A stretch of DNA of 64,000 nucleotides, taken from Candidatus Gorgyraea atricola (GTDB lineage: Bacteria > Omnitrophota > Gorgyraeia > Gorgyraeales > Gorgyraeaceae). Positions 46,267 to 55,766 of the stretch are shown here, in pieces. The DNA lies in contig JAVCCW010000001.1 in the NCBI GenBank assembly GCA_030765235.1, forward strand, positions 35,172-99,171, written 5' to 3'. Each line of letters opens with the position of its first letter. Positions within the stretch are counted from its first letter, which is position 1. Both the position numbers and the translations under genes were made by a program. The notes beneath the pieces were generated by a model, which saw only the letters and a list, made by a program, of their open reading frames with translations, ran no database searches and was not told the origin of the DNA.

Positions 46267-48243
46267 TTAAATAAAAATGCTACATCTTCTATTAGGTCTT
46301 ATTAATTGTTTCATTCTCTTTATTAATTGTATAGCTCTTCCTGAGTTTTGTTCTATCTTGTAAATCAAGTTCGCTGCGGCCTCTGTGAAGCCATCGTAAT
46401 CCAAAAATCTCTTGGCCCAGCATGTATAATCTTTCATATAAGGTTTGAAAGCATAGATATGAAGAAAATTTAAAAGATTTATATTATAATTTACAATGAG
46501 CGTATTATGGACTACGCCAAACCTTAACTCATTAAAGATCGTGATCACATCTCTCTCTTTCAATGGTAAAAGATCTGACTTGCTAATAAATTTCTCCATC
46601 ATGCCTCCATCATCTAACAAATTTATTTCAAAACCTAAGTCTTTACAGAAAAGTTGTTTAGTAATCTTGCTGTTAGATTTTTTTATATTCTTTTTTATTC
46701 CTAATCTCCTCTTCTTTATCCAGGCAATATCAAGTTCTTTAAAGGGTGGGAGTTTATATTGACTAATAATAAAACGTGGGAGGTCAGATCTCTTGGTGCC
46801 TGGAGGCACAATCCACCCATCTAAGCAAATAACCTTTACTGGCTTTAGTTCCCCATTTGTTCCACTATAAAGACGATTTAGCAATAATTTATATATTTCT
46901 TTTTTAAGCCTACGCTTACAATAATCCCGCTCTCCATCTGGATCTACTTTTAAAAAATTACTGATGAGGCGTAGCGATCCAGCATCTGCTCTCTTGATAT
47001 TCATTAGCTTCTTTTTAAAAATTACTTCTCTGTCAGCAATATTACAGGCGTGCATATATTTTAATGTCAAATATAACTCTATATATAAATCTGCTGATTT
47101 TTCGGACATCTTTCCCAATATAGAACTGTCCTCTAGGAGTCCTGGCTTGTATAGCTCGAAATAAAGGTCTCTAAACTTTCCATTCATAGAAGTTTTATTT
47201 ACAGAATCAAAAGGGAACTTTTTCAATATTTTTTTTGACTTATTAAGTCTGTTCCTTATTTCTTCATCAAGTCTAAATCTATAATATCTTCCATCATGTT
47301 TCGACAGAATAATTCCAAGATTCTCAGAAATCTTCTCAACAACTTCTACGATGTATCTCCTCTCAATGTTCGGCAATAGAGATCGCATATCTTGATATGC
47401 CAAAGTGTCGTGCTCGCATAAAAGATCCAGCACCTTTGTCAATACCAAATAAAGATCTGAGCTGGTAGATTGTGGAATCCTTCTCCCTATCTCCTCCATG
47501 ATAAATGTGCCTTTTATGGGGAATTCTTTTGCTGCGAATTTAATCCCTCTTGTTGTCAGCTTATATTTCTTATAACCAGCCTCTATGATATGTCCCTTTT
47601 CCTTTGCTTGTCGTAAAAAATGACCTATCATATTACTGATACCGTTCTCGCTCCTGGTATCTATCCCATTTCCAATAACTGTCTTGTACAACACTAATGG
47701 ATCCTGCTTTGAAAATGCTACTTCTTTCCCTATAAAAAAACACACCTTAAGTACATTTATATAGTCCAGTGCACTGATGCGATGTCTATTTTCTAAAATG
47801 TCTGCATGTTCTTTTAATTCATTAAAAATTCTGAGAAACTCCTTTGCATCATCAGTCAGCTTGTACATATCTCCTATTTTCTCAAGACAGCCCTGCCTAA
47901 CTCCTCGTTTTAGATGTTGATAAGCTCCAGCTATAGAAATTTCTTTACCTTTAGTGAGCGTATTAAACGCATCTTGATACGCCTTAGTCGTAAAGGCCTT
48001 TCTCGAAAGAACTTTCGCTTCGAAGATCACATGAAGCAAGCTAAAAGTTTCGATTCTTGGATTTACTAGTCCCTTATCAAGCGTGAGGGTATTATTTGAA
48101 GCTGCGTTTACCTCCTGGCAACCTTTTCCAATCCTAGGAGATCCCCCACAAAGCGGATTGCGCAGACTCTGTGCATAGATTGGCTGGTGGGTTAAGATAA
48201 CTATTAATATTAGAGTTGAGATGAGTTTTTTAAAGTTCTTCAT
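46267..48243 (-). CDS. paralog 4 of the signal-peptide family (658 aa) with winged-helix-like segments
   Basis: N-terminus KKLISTLILIVILTHQPIYAQSLRNPLCGGS. LRQAKEKGHIIEAGYKKYKLTTRG has the wHTH wing pattern. Confidence 0.7.
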   Translation of the reverse strand: MKNFKKLISTLILIVILTHQPIYAQSLRNPLCGGSPRIGKGCQEVNAASNNTLTLDKGLVNPRIETFSLLHVIFEAKVLSRKAFTTKAYQDAFNTLTKGKEISIAGAYQHLKRGVRQGCLEKIGDMYKLTDDAKEFLRIFNELKEHADILENRHRISALDYINVLKVCFFIGKEVAFSKQDPLVLYKTVIGNGIDTRSENGISNMIGHFLRQAKEKGHIIEAGYKKYKLTTRGIKFAAKEFPIKGTFIMEEIGRRIPQSTSSDLYLVLTKVLDLLCEHDTLAYQDMRSLLPNIERRYIVEVVEKISENLGIILSKHDGRYYRFRLDEEIRNRLNKSKKILKKFPFDSVNKTSMNGKFRDLYFELYKPGLLEDSSILGKMSEKSADLYIELYLTLKYMHACNIADREVIFKKKLMNIKRADAGSLRLISNFLKVDPDGERDYCKRRLKKEIYKLLLNRLYSGTNGELKPVKVICLDGWIVPPGTKRSDLPRFIISQYKLPPFKELDIAWIKKRRLGIKKNIKKSNSKITKQLFCKDLGFEINLLDDGGMMEKFISKSDLLPLKERDVITIFNELRFGVVHNTLIVNYNINLLNFLHIYAFKPYMKDYTCWAKRFLDYDGFTEAAANLIYKIEQNSGRAIQLIKRMKQLIRPNRRCSIFI

Positions 48244-48401
48244 AATCTACAAACAAAAAAGCCGAGCTGTCAGATAAGACAACGCGGCCTTGTAAGCTTG
48301 TCAGGATCCACGGTTTACTTTATCCAGACGCTCCTTATATGCTATTATAATAGATTTATAAACATTTTAACACAAGCCCCTAATAATGTCAATAACAATC
48401 C

Positions 48402-48444
48402 CTAAAGTAGACAAAACAGTCACTGACGGATTTGTCTACTTTAG
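48402..48444. repeat. palindromic REP-like element, copy A (14-bp arms), abutting the transporter stop codon
   Basis: ctaaagtagacaaa-N15-tttgtctactttag. Its arms are identical to copy B at 58521-58563. Confidence 0.85.
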
Positions 48445-49706
48445 CGCCAGGTTAGGTAGAGGAAGATGTAGGCAGATGTGACTGCGGCTAGAGTGAATGG
48501 TAGGCCGATCTTGAAAAATTCGCCAAATGAGACCTTGTATCCCCTGTCTCTGAGCATGCCCATTGACACAATGTTGGCTGAGGCGCCTATAGGGGTTATA
48601 TTACCGCCTAATGTAGCGCCTATTAATAAGCCGAATAGGAATAGCTCTGGCCTTGCGCCTGTATTGAGCGCAAGGATATTGGCAACAGGTATCATTGCTA
48701 TAACATAGGGAATATTATCAATAAAAGCAGAGCATAAGACTGAGATCCATACGATTAGAGTAAATGTCAGGAAGATATTGCCGCCTGTTAGGCCTGATAT
48801 AAATCCTGCGATATCCTGGATTACACCTACATGAGAAAGCGCTCCTATAAGAACAAAGACGCCTATTAAAAAGAAAAATGTGCGCCAGTCTATGTTCTTC
48901 GTGAAAGAAAAATGTTCTTTTGCAAAAAACTTATGCCATAAAAGGCCAATAGCGCCAAAGAATAGACATATAAGCGCGATACTGTAATAAGGCTTATTCT
49001 GGATAAAACTTGATGCACCAAGTGAAAGAATCATGAGCGTCATTAAAATGGTGGGCACCCATGTCTTGATCTTTATCTCTTCTATCTTCTGGACACCCTG
49101 TTTGTATTTCCTGAAAAGTAGGTATAACACTATGAATGAGGCAATGGCGCCTATTTCGACTGCGAATGCAATGCCAGGCCTTCCTTTCATCCAGAAAAAG
49201 TCCATGAAGTTCATGCGGTGAGACATGGCTAAGATTATACTGGGTGAATCGCCTATCATTGTGGCTGAACCCTGGAGATTTGAGCTTATGGCTATGCCTA
49301 TTAAGAAAGGAATGGGATTTGCTTTTAATTTTTTTGCAACCTCAAAGGCGATTGGCGCTACTATCAGAATAGTTGCTACATTTTCTGTAAAGCTGGATAT
49401 AAAACCGGCCAGGAGACACAAAAATAAAATTGCCGCGCCAACATTTTTTGACTTTCCAACAAGCCGCGATGCCAGAAATCCAGGCACATTGGAATAGATA
49501 AACAGGCCCGAGAGTATCATTGTGCCGAGAAATACGCCAAGCACATTGAAATTTATGCTTAAAAATGCGTCCTTTACGCTAATCGCCTGGAAGACTAAAA
49601 GAATCGCGATACCGCTAAATACTGACACCAGGGGGTTAAGCTTGCGATTAAATAAAATTATCGTAAGATAGGTAAGCAAAAATGTAACTATTACAAAAAT
49701 CTTCAT
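48441..49706 (-). CDS. ArsB/NhaD-superfamily (SLC13/CitT-like) anion permease
   Basis: About 12 TM segments. Conserved loops such as NVATILIVAPIA and GGNITPIGASANIV point to the ArsB/NhaD permease superfamily. Confidence 0.65.
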   Translation of the reverse strand: MKIFVIVTFLLTYLTIILFNRKLNPLVSVFSGIAILLVFQAISVKDAFLSINFNVLGVFLGTMILSGLFIYSNVPGFLASRLVGKSKNVGAAILFLCLLAGFISSFTENVATILIVAPIAFEVAKKLKANPIPFLIGIAISSNLQGSATMIGDSPSIILAMSHRMNFMDFFWMKGRPGIAFAVEIGAIASFIVLYLLFRKYKQGVQKIEEIKIKTWVPTILMTLMILSLGASSFIQNKPYYSIALICLFFGAIGLLWHKFFAKEHFSFTKNIDWRTFFFLIGVFVLIGALSHVGVIQDIAGFISGLTGGNIFLTFTLIVWISVLCSAFIDNIPYVIAMIPVANILALNTGARPELFLFGLLIGATLGGNITPIGASANIVSMGMLRDRGYKVSFGEFFKIGLPFTLAAVTSAYIFLYLTWR

Positions 49707-50320
49707 CTTACGCTGCTCCTTAAAAAATATGTCAATCTCTCCATTTCCATTGAGAGATCCACATTTAATACCTCTATATCTTTTGGCGCCTTGGGCCTGA
49801 TAGGCGCGAAATTAAAGATAGCCTTTATGCCTGAGGAAATCAACTCATCAATAGCTCCCTGCGCGACCTCCTGCGGCACAGCTACAATAGCCATATTAAT
49901 ATCTTTAGACTTTATAATTTTGCCCAGATCTCTTATATCTTTTATTTTAACACCTTCTTTTACCTTGTTCACCTTTTTTTTATCATTATCAAACGCGTAT
50001 TGTATATTAAAACCCTGGCTCTTAAACCCTTTGTATGCCAAAAGCGCAGAGCCCAGATTCCCAACCCCTACAAGCACAACATCCCAGGTCCTGTCTATGC
50101 CAAGTATCTTTTTTAATTCTAGCTTTAATGCCTCAGTGTTGTAGCCGCTTCCAGGTCTTCCGAACTGGCCAAAATACGTAAGGTCTTTCCTGATCTGCGC
50201 AGCACTACATTCTGTGAGAGTGGCTAATTCCTGAGAGGATATTATAGGCGTGTCTTTTAGCGATAGAAGCGCTCTGTAATAAAGCGCTATTCTTGGAATG
50301 CTGGATGACGGGATTTTCAA
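49703..50320 (-). CDS. rex: redox-sensing transcriptional repressor Rex
   Basis: RIALYYRAL...ISSQELA...AAQIRKDLTYFGQFG wHTH plus the Rossmann VVLVGVGNLGSAL. Confidence 0.85.
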   Translation of the reverse strand: MKIPSSSIPRIALYYRALLSLKDTPIISSQELATLTECSAAQIRKDLTYFGQFGRPGSGYNTEALKLELKKILGIDRTWDVVLVGVGNLGSALLAYKGFKSQGFNIQYAFDNDKKKVNKVKEGVKIKDIRDLGKIIKSKDINMAIVAVPQEVAQGAIDELISSGIKAIFNFAPIRPKAPKDIEVLNVDLSMEMERLTYFLRSSVR

Positions 50321-50538
50321 TCCACTGCCTCTACTTTTTCAATTTCCGGTACGTCTTTTTTTAATGCCTTTTCAACGCCTTGCTTCAAGGTTATCTGCGA
50401 CATAGGACAGCCCATGCACGCGCCTTTTAACCTTACCTTTACTACATTATCCACTATGTCGACTAACTCAATATCTCCGCCATCGCGCTGCAGGAATGGT
50501 CTTATCTTCTCTATTGCCTTCTCAACTTTTTCTCGCAT
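50317..50538 (-). CDS. NifU-like Fe-S cluster domain protein
   Basis: RPFLQRDGGDIELVDI...GACMGCP is a NifU C-terminal-domain motif. Confidence 0.75.
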   Translation of the reverse strand: MREKVEKAIEKIRPFLQRDGGDIELVDIVDNVVKVRLKGACMGCPMSQITLKQGVEKALKKDVPEIEKVEAVD

Positions 50539-50606
50539 AACAGCTCCTTTTTGGCTGGTTACAGAAGGTACAAAATTCTAAGTTTTTTGTACCTCGTGTA
50601 CCCACA

Positions 50607-50635
50607 TTATCCACATTATCCACAGGTTATCAACA
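50607..50635. promoter_or_regulatory. three tandem DnaA-box-like 9-mers upstream of the nifU-rex-permease operon
   Basis: Two perfect TTATCCACA boxes, TTATCCACATTATCCACA, followed by a TTATCAACA variant. Confidence 0.5.
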
Positions 50636-50640
50636 ATCCT

Positions 50641-51846
50641 CTATTCTATTGGCCGCTCTTTCAAGGACTTAAAGGTAACTCCGCTCTCTGCCCCTGGTAT
50701 GGGTGCAACTGGCTCTGTTAAAAGGAAATCGCCTTTCTTAATCCACGTCTTAAGAGTCTCAGCGATCTCCACTGCCTTTGGATAACTGGAGAGTGCGCCT
50801 GTTGGCACATCTTTGCCTTTAACTTTTATTGTACCGCTTTTAAGCTGAGTATAGTTTACTTCACCCAGGCTCCCTGGTTTACAATTCGGATATGCATCGC
50901 TATAGTCAACTATCTGTGTCCAGATCTCCTCATCCTTTATTGCTGTGAATTTGCAGATTTCTTCATTCAATATAGGGATAGGTAAACCTATGCCTACAGT
51001 TAGCGTAACGCCATACCCCTGAAATGTCGTACCCACCAAATACTCCGGAGACATGCCTTTTAAATCACCTATTACAGCTAAGGTGCCTGCTGGTGCCTGT
51101 GGGATACCTGTTGCTTTACGCTTTACTGTAGGTGCATGCTGTGTGCCCTGCCAGGCAATATAACCTTCTCCGCCTCCAAGAAAGATCTTTGTACCAATAC
51201 CCAGAGTCTTGTAATGCGGATCGTTCAAGAGAGGTGAAAGCTGACCTGCTGAGCAATAATAGGCATTCCCGAGCTGTGGACGCAAACTACCCATGTAAGT
51301 GTAAATCATCCTGTCAGAAAGATTCACTGCACAGTTATAATTCTGATAGACATTTCTCATGTTAAAAAGCACTGCCTCGTTCAGGTCTTTTATGTTTATC
51401 AGGGTGTCAAGTTTCTTACGCGGATAACAATCTGTGCCATACGCGGTAGCAGAAAGTTTAACATCTTTTCCTGCAACAAGTTCCTGTATCACATGGGCAC
51501 CACCATATTTAAACTCGCCTGGATAGACTTTGTTCTGAGGGTCGTCGTCTGGCAATGCTGTTGCCCCGAGAAATACATCAACAGCTGCAAAGCCTGTATA
51601 GAGTGGCACATCATTCAGGGTAGTTTTGCCTCCGCCGAGTTTTATCCTGGGCTTTGCATGACCTATATTAAAATACGCGCCTGAAGAGCACATAGGGCCG
51701 AACGTACCAGTGGTCACAACATCCACGCGCTCAGCTGTCTTTTTTAAACCATCTTTTTCCACAAGGTCGATTATCTCCTCAGCTGTAACCACTACAGCCT
51801 GACCTTTTTTTATCTTTTCATTGATTTCTTTAATCGTCTTCGCCAT
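50641..51846 (-). CDS. DUF39 homocysteine-biosynthesis sulfur-incorporation enzyme (L-aspartate-semialdehyde sulfurtransferase family, COG1900)
   Basis: VDVVTTGTFGPMCSSGA and the overall length match DUF39. It is adjacent to the NifU-like and cysK genes. Confidence 0.65.
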   Translation of the reverse strand: MAKTIKEINEKIKKGQAVVVTAEEIIDLVEKDGLKKTAERVDVVTTGTFGPMCSSGAYFNIGHAKPRIKLGGGKTTLNDVPLYTGFAAVDVFLGATALPDDDPQNKVYPGEFKYGGAHVIQELVAGKDVKLSATAYGTDCYPRKKLDTLINIKDLNEAVLFNMRNVYQNYNCAVNLSDRMIYTYMGSLRPQLGNAYYCSAGQLSPLLNDPHYKTLGIGTKIFLGGGEGYIAWQGTQHAPTVKRKATGIPQAPAGTLAVIGDLKGMSPEYLVGTTFQGYGVTLTVGIGLPIPILNEEICKFTAIKDEEIWTQIVDYSDAYPNCKPGSLGEVNYTQLKSGTIKVKGKDVPTGALSSYPKAVEIAETLKTWIKKGDFLLTEPVAPIPGAESGVTFKSLKERPIE

Positions 51847-51886
51847 CTTAGACCTCCGTCTTTTTTATTGTAATAAATTATTAAAA

Positions 51887-52813
51887 TTAGTCTATAAATA
51901 AGTCTGTGCTTATATACCTTTCTCCTGTGTCTGGCAATATAACCACTATGACTTTACCTTTATTCTCTGGGCGCTTTCCCATCTCAAGCGCTGCATGCAA
52001 TGCTGCTCCGCTTGAAATTCCTGCGAGTATACCTTCTGCTTTTGTCAGAGTTCTTGCTGCGGAAAATGCATCTTCGTTTTTAACCTTAATTACCTCGTCT
52101 ATTAAACCCTTATCCAATACATCTGGTATAAAACCAGCGCCTATTCCCTGAATCTTATGCGGCCCTGAACTGCCGCCTGAAATAACAGGTGAATCATATG
52201 GCTCAACAGCCACGACTTTAAAATCCTTTTTTCTCTGCTTAATTACCTGGCCAATTCCTGTCAGCGTGCCCCCTGTTCCTACGCCGCTCACCAATATATC
52301 TACATTTCCATCTGTGTCATTCCAGATCTCCTCTGCAGTAGTCTCTCTATGGATCTTTGGATTCGCAGGGTTCTTAAATTGCTGCGGGATGAATGCGCCT
52401 TTGGTTTTAGCAGCAAGATCTTCTGCTTTCTCTATCGCGCCTTTCATGCCCTTATCGCCCGGGGTCAGTATTATTTCAGCGCCGAATAATTTCAAGAGCT
52501 GGCGCCGTTCAACACTCATTGTGTCAGGCATGGTAATAATGAGCTTGTAACCCCTGGCTGCTGCAACAAATGCAAGGCCGATTCCAGTGTTTCCACTTGT
52601 GGGTTCAATTATTGTAGCGCCTGGTTTCAGGAGGCCTTTTTCTTCGGCATCCTTTATCATAGAAAATCCGATTCTATCCTTTACGCTTCCTGCAGGATTA
52701 AATGACTCGATCTTGGCTAAGATTTCAGCCACGGAATCCTTTGTGATCTTATTTAATCTAACAAGAGGCGTATTCCCGATAGTTTCAGTGATGCTATTAT
52801 AGATTTTTGACAT
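51887..52813 (-). CDS. cysK: cysteine synthase A (O-acetylserine sulfhydrylase)
   Basis: IGNTPLVRL start. The PLP lysine lies in PAGSVKDR. The GTGGT loop is present. Confidence 0.88.
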   Translation of the reverse strand: MSKIYNSITETIGNTPLVRLNKITKDSVAEILAKIESFNPAGSVKDRIGFSMIKDAEEKGLLKPGATIIEPTSGNTGIGLAFVAAARGYKLIITMPDTMSVERRQLLKLFGAEIILTPGDKGMKGAIEKAEDLAAKTKGAFIPQQFKNPANPKIHRETTAEEIWNDTDGNVDILVSGVGTGGTLTGIGQVIKQRKKDFKVVAVEPYDSPVISGGSSGPHKIQGIGAGFIPDVLDKGLIDEVIKVKNEDAFSAARTLTKAEGILAGISSGAALHAALEMGKRPENKGKVIVVILPDTGERYISTDLFID

Positions 52814-52828
52814 GAGATAGGCTCCTTT

Positions 52829-53281
52829 TTAAATGCTATATGTTAAAGGTGCTTTTTCTTTTTTCTTTGCCTCAGCCCTTCTAACTAGCTCAGCAAAAGT
52901 AATAGTGTCTACGATCAAAGACGTTGCTGTATAAATCTGGTTCCATATATCCTTAAATATACAATCTCTAAAATCCTTACATTCTTCGTATTTCTTTTTC
53001 CCAGAACATGCAATAGGCTCTATAGGCCCTTCGAGAAATCTAATCACCTCTCCTATTGTAATCCCTTCAGGCGGCTTGGCTAACAAATAGCCTCCACTTA
53101 CGCCGCGCTTACTATCTACAAAGCCGCCTTTTTTTAAAGTCAAAAGTACCTGTTCTAAAAATTTATCTGGTATGTCGCCTTTCTTAGCAAGTTCCTGTAT
53201 TGAAACAACACCTTTATTATAATTAAGCGCGAGTTCAAGCATGGTCTTTAATGCATAATCACCTTTATAGCTAACCTTCAT
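52829..53281 (-). CDS. Rrf2-family transcriptional regulator (IscR/CymR-like)
   Basis: YALKTMLELAL...VSIQELAK...FLEQVLLTLKKGGFV...RGVSGGYLLAKP. Confidence 0.8.
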   Translation of the reverse strand: MKVSYKGDYALKTMLELALNYNKGVVSIQELAKKGDIPDKFLEQVLLTLKKGGFVDSKRGVSGGYLLAKPPEGITIGEVIRFLEGPIEPIACSGKKKYEECKDFRDCIFKDIWNQIYTATSLIVDTITFAELVRRAEAKKKEKAPLTYSI

Positions 53282-53289
53282 TCAGCACC

Positions 53290-53340
53290 TCCTAATCTCT
53301 ATAATCTTGATTGACTTAGTAGAGATTATACCACAATCTC
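53290..53340 (-). promoter_or_regulatory. promoter (extended -10 TGTGGTATAAT) with an overlapping inverted-repeat operator, upstream of the Rrf2 gene
   Basis: The minus strand reads tgTGgTATAATctctactaagtcaatcaagattatagagattAGGAGGtgctgaATG. The IR is aatctcta-N18-tagagatt (53294-53327). Confidence 0.5.
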
Positions 53341-53354
53341 TTTTTCTGTCAAGT

Positions 53355-53397
53355 CTTTTTTTCAAGGCGAAACCTCCGCCATGTTACATGGCGGAGG
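53355..53397. terminator. 20-bp-arm perfect palindrome, probable terminator after the ThiI-like gene
   Basis: aaggcgaaacctccgccatgt|tacatggcggaggtttcgcctt is preceded by T7 on the plus strand. Confidence 0.55.
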
Positions 53398-53409
53398 TTT
53401 CGCCTTGGC

Positions 53410-54408
53410 CTAAAGCCTGAGGCTTGAGAACGTGGGGTCAGGGGCTGCTTGGACAAGGATTGATTTTAATTCCTGGGATGGGAGGGTTTTATAGGAGACT
53501 TTTACAGCATGTGAATTAGCATCTGAATATCTGGCAACAATAGAAGATGCAAGAGTGATGGCTTCTTCTGTAACACTACCACGTAATAAGCCAATCGGGC
53601 TGGGGATGTCTATTACGTCAAAGATATGGTCGCCTGGCTGGCTAAATGAAAGAAGTGTCTCGTTTTCTTTTTCATTGCGGCCAACGAATAGCTTAGACTT
53701 GGCATTTATCCTGAATTGCCTGCCGGTTTTTAAGATATGGAGATCGCTAAGGTCGTAATTGGGTTTATATTTTAAAAGATCCTTTAGCCTATTGGAAAAA
53801 CCCTTGTCTGTTAAAAGACATCCTCCTGCAGGGCATGGATAATCGCTTATTCCTAATTCTTCTGCAAGAGATATCTGCTTTACGCGCATTCTGCCCTGGA
53901 TATCCAAGAGTTTTTCTCTATCCACAACCCCCTCTTTCTCTGGCAGGGTTGTCTCAAATAATTTTGCAGAGAGCGGTCTGAGGATCAAACCTTTTAGCCC
54001 TGATTCTTTTTCTATCAGTTCTATCGCATGCCTTCTCTGTGACATGGGCCTTTGTCCGAGCACCTCTCCTGTTATGATAAAAGACGCGCCTATCTCGTCC
54101 ATAAAAGCCTTGGCTTTTTTAAATGTAAAGATCCTGCAATCAATACAGGGGTTCATGGCCCTTCCGCGGCCATGTTTGGGATTTTTCACGACCTCCATAT
54201 ATTCGCTCGTGACATTCATTACCTTTAAAGGCACACCTAATTCCTTTGCTGCTTTTGTAGCCTGGTGCATACAGCCTTTAGATGTACACGTGCAGAATAT
54301 AGTCAGGAAATTAAGTGCATGCACTTCTACATCCTGCTCAAGCATGAGCTTTATAGCAAGCATGCTATCTAATCCGCCGGAGAATAATGCAACTGCTTTC
54401 TTATTCAT
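53410..54408 (-). CDS. PP-loop ATPase of the ThiI/tRNA-sulfurtransferase family (no THUMP domain)
   Basis: ALFSGGLDS PP-loop. FIITGEVLGQRPMSQ resembles ThiI GESLGQVASQ. Confidence 0.55.
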   Translation of the reverse strand: MNKKAVALFSGGLDSMLAIKLMLEQDVEVHALNFLTIFCTCTSKGCMHQATKAAKELGVPLKVMNVTSEYMEVVKNPKHGRGRAMNPCIDCRIFTFKKAKAFMDEIGASFIITGEVLGQRPMSQRRHAIELIEKESGLKGLILRPLSAKLFETTLPEKEGVVDREKLLDIQGRMRVKQISLAEELGISDYPCPAGGCLLTDKGFSNRLKDLLKYKPNYDLSDLHILKTGRQFRINAKSKLFVGRNEKENETLLSFSQPGDHIFDVIDIPSPIGLLRGSVTEEAITLASSIVARYSDANSHAVKVSYKTLPSQELKSILVQAAPDPTFSSLRL

Positions 54409-55766
54409 CTTTTTCTCAATCGATCGAGATATTCTCTTATCTTTTTCTCGTACCCAATATCTGTTGGTTCGTAATAAATTTTTTTATCTGGAATGTATTC
54501 CTGGTCCACGTAGTGATCCTTATATTGATGAGCGTATTTATAGTCTTTGCCATGGCCTAATATCTTTGCGCCAGGATAGCTGGCATCCTTTAGGTGTTTT
54601 GGCACTTCAAGCGTCTTATGCGCTTCTACATCCTTCATTGCCTTTTCAATGCCAAGGTACGCTGCATTGCTTTTTGGCGCGCAAGCAATATAGCAGACAG
54701 CCTGCGCCAAAGGAATCCTTGCCTCTGGCATGCCCACAAATTCAGCCACCTGAAAGGCCGCGTTTGCCACTACAATCGCCTGCGGGTCAGCATTGCCCAC
54801 ATCCTCTGCAGCGCAGATAACAATGCGACGCGCAATAAACCGAGGATCCTCTCCCGCGTAAAGCATCTTTGCGAGCCAGTATAGCGCTGCGTCAGGATCT
54901 GAGCCGCGCATGCTCTTTATAAAAGCAGATATCGTATCATAATGTCCGTCTTCGTCCTTGTCATACAGGACTGCTTTTTTCTGTATAGACTCTTCTGCTA
55001 CCTTTATATTAAAATCTACGATTCCTGATTTCGGCTTTATTGTTAATGCGCCTACTTCAAGCGCGTTAAGCGCCTTTCTCGCATCACCATCACACACATC
55101 TGCGAGAAAATTCAAAACATTCTGTTCGACCTTAATAGATATTTTCCCAAGACCTCTTTCCTTGTCTCCTAAGGCATTCTTCAATATGCTGATTATGTTT
55201 TCTTTTGATAATTTCTTTAATTCAAAAACTATTGATCGCGATATGAGCGGCGAAACCAGACTAAAAAATGGATTATGTGTTGTGGCGCCTATCAATACAG
55301 GATTGCCTGACTCCACATCCGGCATCAATACATCCTGCTGCGCCTTATTAAACCTGTGGATCTCATCTATAAAAAGTATGGTCTTCTTGCCAGATGCTCG
55401 TTCTCGCTCTTTGCTCGCCCTGATCGCATCCCTTAATTCCTGGACATTTGAAAGTACAGCGTTTATCTCATAAAAATATGTCTTTGTAATATTCGCGATC
55501 ACATGCGCGAGAGCAGTTTTTCCTGTGCCTGGCGGGCCATAGAGGATCAAAGAAGCGATCCTGTCAGCATCTATTGCTCTTCGCAAAAGCTTACCCTCGC
55601 CAAGTATATGCGTCTGGCCTATAAACTCGTCCAAAGTCCTTGGCCGCATCCGCACAGCTAAGGGCTCGTATTTTTTCACGTTCTTTTTTTTGGATTCAAA
55701 TAAATCAGGCATGAGAAAATAAAAATCCCCGCTAGTGCCGCATGAAAGGCCGTATTTTGAACCCAT
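54405..55766 (-). CDS. rarA: replication-associated recombination protein A (AAA+ ATPase RarA/MgsA)
   Basis: Walker A LYGPPGTGKTALA, Walker B ILFIDEIHRFNK, sensor and C-terminal MgsA domains. The true start may be the internal MPDLFES. Confidence 0.85.
   Translation of the reverse strand: MGSKYGLSCGTSGDFYFLMPDLFESKKKNVKKYEPLAVRMRPRTLDEFIGQTHILGEGKLLRRAIDADRIASLILYGPPGTGKTALAHVIANITKTYFYEINAVLSNVQELRDAIRASKERERASGKKTILFIDEIHRFNKAQQDVLMPDVESGNPVLIGATTHNPFFSLVSPLISRSIVFELKKLSKENIISILKNALGDKERGLGKISIKVEQNVLNFLADVCDGDARKALNALEVGALTIKPKSGIVDFNIKVAEESIQKKAVLYDKDEDGHYDTISAFIKSMRGSDPDAALYWLAKMLYAGEDPRFIARRIVICAAEDVGNADPQAIVVANAAFQVAEFVGMPEARIPLAQAVCYIACAPKSNAAYLGIEKAMKDVEAHKTLEVPKHLKDASYPGAKILGHGKDYKYAHQYKDHYVDQEYIPDKKIYYEPTDIGYEKKIREYLDRLRKR

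Noticed and set aside
48290-48315. Possible third copy of the paralog 3'-flank element (ggatccacggtttac)
   Set aside because: Only about 12 nt of partial similarity, which is too weak.
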